Source of the DNA: Guillardia theta CCMP2712
Taxonomy: Eukaryota > Protista > Cryptophyta
DNA length: 64,000 nucleotides
Reading direction: 5' to 3'
Assembly (NCBI RefSeq): GCF_000315625.1
Contig: NW_005434665.1
Span: forward strand, 238,893-302,892
The notes below the pieces were generated by a model, which was given only the letters and a program-made list of their open reading frames with translations, was not told where the DNA came from and did no database searches. The position numbers were made by a program, and so were the translations under genes. Of this stretch, positions 1 through 11,770 are shown piece by piece. Numbering within the stretch: position 1 is the first letter of the stretch; every line of letters starts with the position of its first letter.

Positions 1-2454
1 GAAGAGTATAACTCACCACTTTCTCGACCTTCTTCTCCTGCTTGTTCCTCGCGACCTTGTCGCGTCTCTTGCCTGACCCCGTAAAAGCCTCGGCCTCGTC
101 GATGTACCGCTGAGCTTCCTCTCGCACCTCTGAGCAGCGAAAGTCAAGGAGGACGAGGACGGAGTCGTCCACGTACCTTGCGGGAAACCTTTTTCAGCCT
201 CGCTGCAGAAAGACTCCCATCGAGATTCAGTCAGGTTCTCCTCGTAGACGACAATCTGAGGGGGAGGGTTTGAGCTGCAACAGACTCGCAAGGGAATGGA
301 CCGGATCTCCTTCGTCCTTGACCTCATGAAACGGCGAGAAAATGTCGTACACCTTCCCTTCCGTCACGTTGCTGCATGTGCGTCAGCCCCTGGTCTCTGT
401 GAGGGGAGGGAGTACTTCAAAATCATTATTTTCTCATCCCAGGGCAAGGTACAGATGCCTTCAGGATCGGGGGTAGTACTGCAAGGCGATCAAGGGCTTT
501 CCCTCCTGGCATGTCGACGTACCTGCGGGTGGGAGAGGAGACTCGGCTGCGAGCACCGTTCGCCTCCATCAGCATCTCGATGACCTGCAGACAAGGATGA
601 GGAGAGGTCGAGCGTCGGTCAGGCGGCGAGGGCATCATCCACCTTTTGGTTCTCTATCACGGCGTTCTCATGGTCCTGAAAAACGATTGTTGAGCGAAGG
701 AGGAGGGCGGGAAGGAACTAACGTACATGCTCTTTGATGTGCACGGCGAGATCCAAGGGATTGAAGAAACTCGCATCTTGCTGTCCGACCAACAAACTTC
801 AGCGGCAGCCGGTCTCCTGCTCCGCCACCTCCTCCTTCACTTCCATGACCCCCCCCCAACCCCCCACCTCAACCTCCTGCTTACCAGGTGCGGGTTCGCT
901 CCAGCTCGAAGCAGGTCGTAGACGATCCGACAGTCGGATATGGCGACCTGCCCTCGTTCAAATCTCATCCTCTCCCTTACTCGCTTCTCTCACAGCGTTG
1001 TGCAGCGGCGTCCTCCCCCTCTCCGTTTGCAGGTTGACGTTTGCGCCGTACCTGGCCAACATTAACAACCATCGGGGGGGTGTAGATGATGTCAAGCTCG
1101 GATCTACAATCACATCTGCCTCTGCGGACTGCTACCACATACCAACATTGCCATCATCAATATAGACAATGACTCAACCTGATGAGCAGCGTCACTGCTT
1201 TGTGCCTCCCTTGCACGGCAGCCCAGTGTCTGAACAAGGCGATCGAGTCAGGACGGCAGGTGGCAGGGATATTGAGAGGAGACGAACAACACGCGGAAGA
1301 CTCACAGGGGAGAATCGTGGAAAATGTTCTGATGGTTCACACTGACACCTGACTCTATCAACCGGGTGATCTCATCTACACTGATTCAGCAAAATTCTTC
1401 ACAGAAAGATTCACGTTCTACCCAAGTCTCCAAATTTGGCAGCTTCCATCAGTTTCCTTCCTTGAAAGTGATACTGACCATGCTCGTGAGAAGAGGGAAG
1501 ATAACGGCAAGAGTAGCATGATCACAATCTCAACAGCCGACATGCAGCGAAAGTTGAAGTGCTTTGTCTTCATCACTTCATCGTGCAGGGCTCGGCCCAT
1601 TCTCTGCGAGGGGATCATGAGGGAGGGGCAAGAAGCGGAGTCGCTCACGTCGTTGAACTTCCGATCGTGGAGCCAGCGATGCATTTTCATGTGCTTGAGG
1701 AGCTGAAAGAGAATGATCCCCATCCTTTCCCTCCTCCTGGCACTCGTTCAAACCTCAATGTCCTTCGCCTTGTTCGGCCCCACGTACACCTTGTCCCTGA
1801 CTCTGACGTCAGCAGGGAGCATCACCGCAGGAGCAACGTCAGCACATGTCGAACGGGTCAAGGTTGTCCGGCTGAAGGCACGAGTCAGGCGTCGGCGACT
1901 GACATGGCCAGGCAACCAACCTCGTACTCGTCATGGTCGACCTCCAAGTCCGAGAGTGAGAAGCTGCTGTCATCCTTGATCTCCTGATGGCTGGATCAGA
2001 TGTGACTGCATGCTCCATTACCGACGCCATGCCTCCTTGTGCTGTCTCTCGTTCTTTAAGGCCTCCTCCATCAACCTCAGTGTCCCGTTGAACATCTTCT
2101 TCAGGTCTGGGTAGACCTCGTCACTCTTGTTGAACCTGGAGGACACCGCGTCAACAGGAGGAGGTACAAGGATGAGGCAGGAGAGCTCTCCTGTCAAACT
2201 GATCCTGCAAGTCTGTCAACCGCACATACTCGTCAGCACGGGGCGGAGAGATCGGCAAACGGCTCACGGTCAAAGATCAACCGGTCGGGATGCAGGTGCT
2301 TGTATTCATCCTCCCATGAGGAGGAAGGGTAGAAATCGAGTCCTCCTCGAAGACAGAGAGAAAGTTTCGACACTCCCTGGACTCGATCCAACAAGATGCC
2401 GGACGGAACAGCAAAATTCACAACAACCATGCACAGCAGCAGCTTGAGTCGCAT
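1..2454 (-). CDS. Multi-exon ankyrin-repeat protein with signal peptide and LRGG motif; 3' end runs off the window
   Basis: ATG 2454 MRLKLLLCMVVVNFAVPSG...LCLRGG, then acidic exons. Spliced exons read GRKLMEAAKFGDL / DEITRLIESGVSVNHQNIFHDSPL / HWAAVQGRHKAVTLLIR / YGANVNLQTERGRTPLHNAVREA / VIEMLMEANG, matching the ankyrin consensus (G.TPLH.A, GAnVN). Confidence 0.8.
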
Positions 2455-2661
2455 CCTGGCTCCAGCTCCAGTCTCCCCCCTTCCCGCTTCGGATTCTTTC
2501 CCTCTCCCCACCTCCTACTCTGTTCCCCTTCACCTACCGCTCCGGTTTCTCTCCTCAGTTCCTCTCCCCGTCCGCTTCTCACGCTGCTCCATCCTCTCCT
2601 CCTCTCTTTGATTTCCCCTGTGGAGACAAATAAAAACAATTACCGGCCGCATCCTGTACCT

Positions 2662-3956
2662 ATGCAGCTGAGGCTCCTGCCGCTCCTCCTCCTCCTCCTC
2701 CTCCTCTCCTGCCCTTCGTTGACCTCACTACCCTCACGATCCTCTGCGTTTGTTCCCTCTCCCGTCGTGCACGCGTTAAGGCGGTGGGACAGCGCATGCT
2801 CGCTGCAACCGCAGGCTGTGGAGGACCGGGAAGTGATAACAGCAACCAGACTGTGAGGACCGTCCCACTTCCTCATGGCACTGACGTGCCCTGCAGATGG
2901 ATAGACGGCTGGGTCGTCGGCCTCAGCCTCTGCCCATGGGCGTGGTTGGTCCGCAAACCTCCCGAGCTCAACCTCTCTGTGATCCGGTCGGAGGCAATGG
3001 AGAGGGATGTGAAGTCAGTGGTGATGGCAGCGCGGGAACTGGTGGAAGTTCATTCTCAGATCAGTCGAGACGACGGAAGGAGGGGATTTGCTACCACTCT
3101 GCTCATGTTCCCGTCGGAGAAGTACGCAGGAACTGATCCGTATACCCTGGCCAACCCGTCGGACGCTGCAGATCCCTCGGCGATCTGCGGAGATTTCCCG
3201 GTGATACTCTCTTTGCATATCTACATGACATGTATCGGCCAACAACTGACTCTACCTTCTTCACAGAGGCTGACACGTCTCTGTCAGGTATCTTGCAATC
3301 GTCTGAGGAGGCTGACTGTTGTGGAGGAGGAAATGACATGATCACGCATCTCGTTGGGACTGGGCAGGAAGCTCTTGCTGAAATGCCTGTAGACTTGCTT
3401 GCATTCCACCGGTAACCTCAGATGTAAGGGAAAAGAATCTTACATCAGCTTTCAGGTGGCGATTCGATGAGGGTCCTGGCTGTACCTCCGACTTCGAGGA
3501 TGCTGCTCACTTTTCAGTTCGATCCCCGTAGCATCTTCTTCTCTCTTAGGCTGTCTCTCTTACAGCTGCTTCTAGCTACCCGACCCTTCAACTTCTCGTC
3601 AAGGATGACTTGAAGTTTGCTCGCCGGCAATGGGCGGCATGGCAGGTGCGTAATGTCTTCACTTGAAACGATGCTGTGCACATACTATGCTGTCAAGATT
3701 TTCATGGATTGCAGTGCTGAGAAGATGATTGAATGCTGCCATGATTATTCAATTGCAGAGAAGAAAGAAGGCTGAGGAGTTGAGCACGTTGGGACTACTG
3801 TTCGCCAACAAAGACAAGCTGAGGGCCATTGGTCGTGGTACAGGGACATGTACCATTGGAATCTTATGCACTCATGTAGGTTTCGATGCTCTTGCTCGCC
3901 AAATGAGAGAATTTTTGAGTTCAAGGGCCAACTCTTCCGCCAGACTAGAACATTGA
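2662..3956 (+). CDS. DUF1415-family protein with bipartite plastid-type leader, multi-exon
   Basis: Leader [17 protein letters not shown]...SSAFVP. Motifs WIDGWVVGLSLCPWA, LLAFH, HFSVRSP and YPTLQLL resemble DUF1415 (GLNLCPFA, ASFHP, RSPYPTLHLL). Confidence 0.7.
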
Positions 3957-3992
3957 GTTCAAGAGCCAACTCTTCCGCCAGACTAGAACATT
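3915..3992 (+). repeat. 38-bp tandem duplication spanning the DUF1415 stop codon
   Basis: TTGAGTTCAAG(G/A)GCCAACTCTTCCGCCAGACTAGAACA at 3915 and 3953, one mismatch. Confidence 0.95.
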
Positions 3993-4139
3993 AGATGCGG
4001 CGCAAACAAACAAACCATTAAGAAACGAGAAGAATCCTACTTGGTATCATCTCTCCTACAGAAATTACGGTCTGACAATGTAAATAAACGATTTTTTTTG
4101 TTTATGTTCGAAATATTTTACATTTGGAATTTGATCCTT

Positions 4140-4892
4140 TTACATAATAGAGCAAGAAGCCGCAGTGTCATACGCTAAGCTGGAAGGTACGAACAGTAAA
4201 TATACTTCAAAACCAAGGCAAACGAAAACTCACGCTCTTCCATCCGTGCAATCTTGGCAGCGGAACCATTGGGCAGTGGCAGGCTTAGTGCCCGGTGGTC
4301 GTACAAAACTGCGAAAACACAAGTCATTTCACTTCGAACCCTACAATCGAACAAAACAACTGCTAAAACGAAATCAAACATAATGAAATCTTCAGCTTCT
4401 TTTGTCTTGACACATCTCAGAACGATCACATTCAACTCATAGTGCTACTACATTGCGGAGAAATCTACACAAAATATCTCCCATCCTGCAGTATTCAAGA
4501 CATGGCAGGATCACCTTCGCCCGCATCGTCTGCACGTCGGCAGTTCCCCAGGAACAACAGGCTAATGAGCATGAAGTGAGTAACCAGTGGGTGACGCTAA
4601 GAGGAAGTCAAATGACTTGATACCCGTGCATAAGAGGTGTCAGCAGGATTAGCATTCAACGGAACTACAGGAGTAGCGACTGGCACAGCAGATCCATGAA
4701 CAGGCTGACCATACTAAGAACAAGGTCAAATCTACATGTGACGTAGGATTGTATCATCCTCACCGCCTGATATGGAGGCGGAGGCAGATCAGGAGCAGAA
4801 GGCTGGGGGGGTTTGTTCGGCTGCTCAAAGTCCATGCCGCAGGATCCACAGAAGCGACCTGTGATCGCCGCACCGCATCGCGGACAAGGCAT
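4140..4892 (-). CDS. Small zinc-ribbon/proline-rich protein ending in a CaaX box (CSIM), 5 exons
   Basis: Exons: MPCPRCGAAITGRFCGSCG...PPPPYQA / YGQPVHGSAVPVATPVVPLNANPADTSYAR / PVVPGELPTCRRCGR / FVRPPGTKPATAQWFRCQDCTDGRA / LAYDTAASCSIM*, bounded by GT-AG sites. Confidence 0.7.
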
Positions 4893-5676
4893 TGCGAAAG
4901 TTTGGGTACAAAGACAGTTCCACGAGGGGGTGGGGTTGTAACCCGAGAGGTGTAGCTGTTAGAAAACGGTGGGTATTTTTCAGGACAAAAAGGGGGTACT
5001 GTCTTATCATTGAAGTATAAGGGGTGGGGTAGGTAGTTTGGAGACGATGAAATTTGAGGGCCTGGCCGTCCAAGAAGTTCGAAACCCGAGAGGTCCGGTG
5101 TCTCCGATGGTTATGAGCCCTCGTTTCTTTAGAATGCAATTTTATGAAATTGTACCATGATCCTGTAATAAGGTTTTAATGGAGATTCTTCCCGTACATC
5201 GAAGATCTGCTGTCGAACACTCTGTACCAAATACATACATTTATAACACTTTTGAAAGCAGGTACAGGAAATGTAGGGGTAGTGGCACGTGGAATAGATG
5301 GTAGGGGTGCTTGATGATTGCACGTGCCCCTACCCCTTCTTCACTACCCCTACCCCTAATTTCCCAGTTATTTGATCCCCTCCATCACCTCTCCGCTATC
5401 TCTCTATGTCCACCTGACCACCCCAGCTTTCATCTATGAAACTACCCCATCATGCACCTGGACCCAGATGGACAAGCAGGGGTCTTCCAATAATTCTGTG
5501 TTCACGTACCGGTGAGATGTGAAGTATGAAGTAGGGGTACTACTTGTAACTAAAGTACCCCCACCCTTCCATGCCCTTGCAGGGGTCCTTCCCGCCATGC
5601 CCGCGCGTACGATCTAAGAGCAGGCGGGCGAGTGAAGTGAAGAACAGAGGAGAACGGCAGGCGAGGAGCAGGGAAC

Positions 5677-5714
5677 GAGAGAAGAGAGAAGAGAGAAGAG
5701 AGAAGAGAGAAGAG
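5677..5714 (+). repeat. (AGAGAAG)n simple repeat
   Basis: About five tandem 7-mers. Confidence 0.85.
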
Positions 5715-6171
5715 TGATCGTTTAAAGGGAAGGGAGCTCAAGAGAAGGCAGAGGGAAAGCGAGTGTATCGAGTAGGCCTGTTGGTGTTGAAAACGGCTCA
5801 CATTTGCAAGAGGGTGTCAGGAATCGAGGTGACCAGGGTTGCACAACCAAAGCATCTGTTCCCCTGCTCCACTTTTGTGGTGTACTACCGCACTCTCAGT
5901 CCGAAGAATCAATAGGTCAGTGTCATGAACCCTCCTTGATTGAAGCTGCAGTACTGACTAGGATGTTGTCAGAACAATCAAACAGTCTTGATTTAGACGG
6001 AGCCTGATCAACGCAGGTTCACAACTTTTGTCACTGTATTTCTTTCGAATCTCCCAACTCTTTCACAACTTTTGTCACTCTATACTCTCTGTGTTTCTTT
6101 CGTATCTCTGAACTCATGGATACGATCTCTTCTGTTGGCTTATATGATGTGTTAGTCTCAATCCCAAGATA

Positions 6172-8587
6172 ATGTACGGAGGGATGCAAATGCCTGTCCT
6201 GCCGGTATGTCGAATTGCCAAGTTTTTGAACTCTTTGTTGATGATGTTCTTCCAGCCACCATGGCAGATGGGTATCGATCCTGCTACGGGAGTGCCCTAC
6301 TACTTCAATGTTGCAACCAAAGTCACGCAATGGGAGTACCCCACCTTGGCTGGTAAACCCGACTCTTCCGGTAAACCACCCGAAGATTCAAAGGGCAAGG
6401 AGGGTGGCATGAATGGCAATGGTCCAGTCGTGAATGGCGGCCCCCACAACAGAATGGGGGCTTCCCATCGAATCCCCTCTACATGAATGGCTTCAATCCC
6501 TCTCTCAATAACCTGATGGGAAGAGGGCCTGCCCCGCGAGGGAATGGAGGTGGAGGTTCGAACAAGGGATCGAACAAGAACAAGCAGCCTTTTGAGGACC
6601 TTACTAACATTCCACATGATGACCAAAGCTCTTGTCCGAAGGAAGTTGTTGAGTGGAGAAAAAGTCATGAAATTACGGTTGCAGGTGGCTGCCCAGGTTG
6701 GTTGCTTGAGTTGATGTACCAGAGCGACTCTGACGCATTGTTACAGATCCCTTCTTTACTTTCAGGGAGCTCCCTGTTCCACAAGTACTTCAGGATCAGT
6801 TGTTGCGCGCTGGATTCTCTGGCCCATCCGTGATCCAAGCACAAACATGGCCTGCTGCGTTGAAGGGCAGAGATGTGATTGGAGTTGCCAAGACGGGCTC
6901 AGGAAAGACTCTTGGGTTCCTTGTCCCAGGTTTCATGCATATCATGAATGATGGACTGAAGAATCCAAGGATGGGACCCTTGATTCTTGTCCTTGCACCG
7001 ACTCGCGAGCTCGCTACCCAGATTCAAGAAGAGTGCATAAAGTTTGGGTCGTGTATTCACATTCGATCTTGCTGTGTCTATGGTGGTGCGCCCAAGGGAC
7101 CACAACTGCGTGAGCTGAGAAGTGGAGCTCACATCGTTATTGCAACCCCTGGCAGATTGAATGATTTTCTTGAACAAGGAATGATCAATCTGCAGCAAGT
7201 TTCATATCTTGTGTTCGATGAAGCTGATCGTATGTTGGACATGGGATTTGAACCTCAAATCCGCAAGATCCTGGATAGAATTCCTGGGAAACGGCAGACC
7301 CTCTTCTATACTGCTACATGGCCGAAGGAAGTCAGAAGACTTGCAAGCGACTTTTTGGACAAACCGTGTATCGTTTATATTGGAGACACAGACACACTTG
7401 TTGCGAACAAAGATGTAACCCAAGTCATTAAGGTCATTGATGACAGATTCGGTGAAAAGGATATGATACTGCAGGACATTATTCGAGGAGAGGGTGTTGG
7501 ATCAAGAATCATAATCTTTTGCTCTACAAAACGTATGTGCGACCAATTAGAGAGGAATCTCAGTCGTATGGTACCCTGCGCTGCAATTCATGGTGATAAA
7601 GACCAAGGACAGAGAACTAGAATTCTCAATGATTTCAAGGCAGGACAATGCTGCGTAATGATCGCTACTGATGTTGCGGCAAGAGGCCTCGATATCAAGG
7701 AGGTCAAAGCAGTCATCAACTACGAATTCCCAAGCAACACAGAAGACTATATTCATAGGATTGGAAGGACAGGTCGTGCTGGAGCAAAAGGGACTGCTTA
7801 CACTTTCTTCACAAAGAAGGATGCTTCCAAAGCTTCTTCGTTGATCAAGATTCTCGAGGGGGCAGGCCAGGAGGTTCCACCTCAACTTCGAAATTTCTGT
7901 TTTGGAAGCTATCAACAAACAGGCAGCAATATGCAGTTTGGATCAGGATACTCCCGGGGCATGCCTAGACCTCGAGATGATGACAAATTTGGAAGAGAGA
8001 CAGACCGCTTCGGTGACAGGTCCGACAGCAGTAGGGGATTTGCTGCAGAACAGGACAAGGTCAGGGGGCGCAGCCGCAGCCGCAGTCGAAGCCGAAGCCG
8101 TGGTAGAAGTCGCAGATCTCCACGATCTCGCTCTGATCGCAGCCCACGTCATCGCTCCCGATCACGATCTGCGGACAAAAGTCGCTCGAAGCATAAGAGA
8201 TCTCACTCGAGGTCTCCAAAGCGCAGCAAGAGATCGAGGTCGCGAGGCAGGGACAAAAGCAAGGAAAGGGAAAAGGAGAAGGAAGGTGAGAACGACCGGG
8301 ACAAGGAGAAGGACAAGGAGAAAGACAGGGAAAAGCACAGAGACCGTGATCGGAGTCGGAGCAGGGACAGGGACAGGGACAGGGATCGTGACAGGGACAG
8401 GGACAGGGATCGTGACAGAGACCGGGACCGAGATCGAGAAAGAGACCGTGATCGTGATCGCGACCGAGAGAGAGATAAGGATCGTGACAGGGAAAGGGAT
8501 CGTGAGAAGAGCAGGAGGTCAAGGTCCCGCTCACATCACAAAAGGAGTAGTCGTGACAGGAGCTCTAGTCGTCACCGCAGGCATTGA
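6172..8587 (+). CDS. DEAD-box RNA helicase, DDX5/DBP2 subfamily, with N-terminal WW domain and RS/RD tail (plant RH14/40/46-like layout)
   Basis: WW: [29 protein letters not shown]. Helicase motifs [39 protein letters not shown]. Introns near 6204-6254 and 6697-6746. Confidence 0.95.
8340..8505 (+). repeat. Coding hexamer repeats encoding an (RD)n tract in the helicase tail
   Basis: GACAGG/GATCGT/GACCGA units give RDRDRD... Confidence 0.9.
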
Positions 8588-8737
8588 AGGAGCTGAGATC
8601 CTCAGTCTGCACTAATTATCGTGGCCGTGATACAGCAATAGTGTCTAAGTAGCTCATAAACTATGAATCGCTGCAGAACGAATCGGCCAAAGGAGGAGCC
8701 AACCAGCAGGCTTAACTTTACTAGAACATCGGGCTCA

Positions 8738-9577
8738 CTAGTTCACTTCTACAGGTCCCGTCAAGCACTGTTCTCTCGGCTCAGCACGCTTCCTTCTATA
8801 CTCCGCAGCGTCTTCATGAACCCTCCGACAGACGAACTCAAACAGCGGGGTCAAATACTCCTGCTGTCTAAGGACGGCGAGCTCTTCGATCTGATCCATT
8901 GGTTTGTTGAAGCACAGCGTCCCATGTTTGATATAGGTCACGTGGGTCCCCCACTCCTCAAGCCCATCAAAGATATGAGTTGAGAACAGGATAGTCACCG
9001 ATCTTTTCTCGTTTTCTTCCTGGAGAAACTGAAGCAAACTCTGTCTTGCCAGCACGTCAAGATCGGTAGTCACCTCATCCAAGAGGAGGATTGCAGAAGG
9101 TTTCAAGAAAGCAAGCAGGAGTTGAACTCTGCGCTTCTTTCCATCACTGAGCTGGTTCACACGCCAGTTCAAGTCGATATGAAACTTATCCACGATCATC
9201 TGCATCCTGTCACGGTCCCAGTCCGATAACAGGTCCAGCATGCTCCTGACACTGCAGTCCCCCCTTGGCTGCCACCTCTCACCAACAATAGTGCATTCTC
9301 CTTGACGCCAGATGTTGGTCCCACAGATGATTTCAACAGATCCACTGTTGCCAAGTCTGTTTGGCACGTATGCCTCCTTTCCAAAAACCTTGACACTTCC
9401 TTCGTAATGATACATGCCACCAACGATTCGAAGCAAGCACGTCTTTCCTGCCCCGTTGGCACCTACTACGATTGATCGACATCCTTGTGGGAGGTCCATG
9501 CTCACGTCACTCAGCGCTCGTTCACCAGAGGGCCATGAGAAGCTGGCGCTTCTAAGGGAAATGGCGGATTCATTCAT
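8738..9577 (-). CDS. CAF16: Soluble ABC ATPase, CAF16/ABCI19-21-like
   Basis: Walker A GANGAGKT, signature LSDGKKRRVQ, Walker B LLLDEVTTDLDV, H-loop THIFDGL; no transmembrane domain. Confidence 0.85.
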   Translation of the reverse strand: MNESAISLRSASFSWPSGERALSDVSMDLPQGCRSIVVGANGAGKTCLLRIVGGMYHYEGSVKVFGKEAYVPNRLGNSGSVEIICGTNIWRQGECTIVGERWQPRGDCSVRSMLDLLSDWDRDRMQMIVDKFHIDLNWRVNQLSDGKKRRVQLLLAFLKPSAILLLDEVTTDLDVLARQSLLQFLQEENEKRSVTILFSTHIFDGLEEWGTHVTYIKHGTLCFNKPMDQIEELAVLRQQEYLTPLFEFVCRRVHEDAAEYRRKRAEPREQCLTGPVEVN

Positions 9578-10247
9578 GGCGCTCAAAGATAATATGTGGT
9601 TGACCGAGAGATCCTGTCAACAAGAACACTTACGATGGATAAGATCAGAACTGAGACGCAAGCTATCAAGTTCCCGTGCTCTAGCTCTGCTTGCCTATGC
9701 CTGAACCTATGCCTTCCTGCAACGAGCCAAGACGGTGTAGCGTAAGAGAAGGAGAAGCACGCAATGGGGAGATACAAGGAGGAGCGTGAGGGATCGGGGT
9801 CCTTGTACGTGCAGGGAGAGCTGACTACCGGTGCTTTTGAGCGATTTTACAAGAGAAAGGACGCGGTGGTTAGTGGACCCCACCCTCACAAGATCAGCAA
9901 TATTCTTCTAGATTATGGGTGGGTGAAGTGACCCACTCACAACACCATTTATGGTAGAGAGAGGAGGGTGGGGGGGGTTGGGGGAGGGTAGGGTCATGGA
10001 CCCACCCCCAGAAGATCGTGCTTTGGACCTAGCATGACCAGTGTAAAACCGTTGTGTGCTCAAAATTTCTCTATAACGGTCAACACTTAAACGTAACGGT
10101 CTGAAACGCCCAATTAAGTTTAACTAATAATGATAGTAGAAATTCCTTTCAGTTTTGAGAGAAAAGGGTCTTCAAATATACTCCAGATATTTCAAATTTA
10201 TTTCAAAATAATCGAAATCGAGAGCCGGACAGCTGTCAGGGCTCAAC

Positions 10248-11770
10248 ATGGTGCTGGAAGCAACGGTGATCTGGTATGGCCGAACATGAAATCTTGCAAT
10301 ACTTTCGAGGAACACATGTCTTTCCTGATGATGTTTCTTGTTTTTGGAGTTCTGATCATGTTCTTATAATCTGAATTTGTTGATAGTTATGATAATTGTT
10401 GTTTTTGCAATGTTTTAAATTTTCAATTGGTCATGCTTAATCTTCATCGCGTATGGAATGAATTCTGTTGTTTGGAAGAAGATTTCGTGCATTGCACAAG
10501 TGTTTCTCATTATATTCGTGGTTTGCGCTGTCTGACTAACATTTTCTTTCTTGACAGTGTGGACAACTCTGAGTGGATGAGAAATGGAGATTATCTTCCG
10601 ACTAGGATGGAGTCTCAAGCTGACGCAGTCAATCTCATTTGTAACGTGAAAACCCAACAAAATCCTGAAAGTACAGTTGGAGTGATGACTATGGGAGGAC
10701 GAAGGTAGAACATAATTTGCTGTGTACTTGCACTGATTCATTTTTCAAGCCCTGAGGTTCTTGTGACACCGACTCATGATCTGGGAAAGATCCTCACTGC
10801 TCTTCACAATGTCAAGATTACTGGCTCTTGCAATTTCTGTTCCGCTATTCAAGTAGCTCAGCTTGCGTTGAAGCATAGGCAGAACAAGAATCAGAGACAG
10901 CGCATTGTCGCATTCGTCGGCAGCCCACTTGAAGATGATCAAAAAGATCTTGTGAAGCTCGGCAAAAAGCTCAAGAAGAATGATGTCGCTGTAGACGTTG
11001 TCAATTTTGGTGAGACGGCAGAAAATCAAGAGAAGCTTGAGGCATTCATCGGCGCGGTGAACAAAAATGAAAATAGCAACCTTTTGACCGTCCCTCCCGG
11101 GCCTCACATTCTTTCGGACATCATTATCTCTTCAACAATTTGTAATGACAAAGATAATCAAGGCATGATGGGAGCTGGCATGGGAGGTTCGAGCATGGGT
11201 GGTGGATTTGAGTACACCGATGACGCGATGTACCCGGATCTTGCCATGGCTCTTCGTATTTCTGCCGAAGAAGAAAGACAGAGGCAGGAGCGCGAGGCCA
11301 AAAAGGCTGCAGAAGAAGGCAAACCTGCAGAAGGCGGATCGACTGAACCAGCAGCTGCCTCTGCTCAGGAGACTTCAATGTATGAAGACGATGACGATAT
11401 GCTTCAACAAGCGCTGGCCATGTCCATGCAGCAGGCACAACCGAATGCTAGCACATCAGAAGCTGCTAAGGAGGGTTCAAGCGCAAAGGCGACAGGAGGG
11501 GCTGAACCCATGGAGGAGGACGACGAGCTTCAGAAAGCACTGCAGCTCTCGATGGCAGGTGACACAGGTTCAGGTGCTGCTGCCCAGGGTCTCTTGCAAA
11601 ACGCTGAGTTCCTGACCAACGTTCTTTCATCCTTGCCTGGTGTTGATACCTCGGATCCCCGTGTTCAAGGAGTTCTTGTCGGGATGAAAGGAGAAGATGG
11701 AGAGAAGAAGGGAGACGAGAAGTCGGGCGAGGAAAAGAAGGATGATGAGATGAAGGATGGGGCGAAGTAG
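10248..11770 (+). CDS. RPN10: 26S proteasome ubiquitin receptor Rpn10/PSMD4 (vWA + three UIM-like motifs), 3 exons
   Basis: MVLEATVIC / [16 protein letters not shown]...NPESTVG / [21 protein letters not shown]. UIMs [27 protein letters not shown]. Confidence 0.97.
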
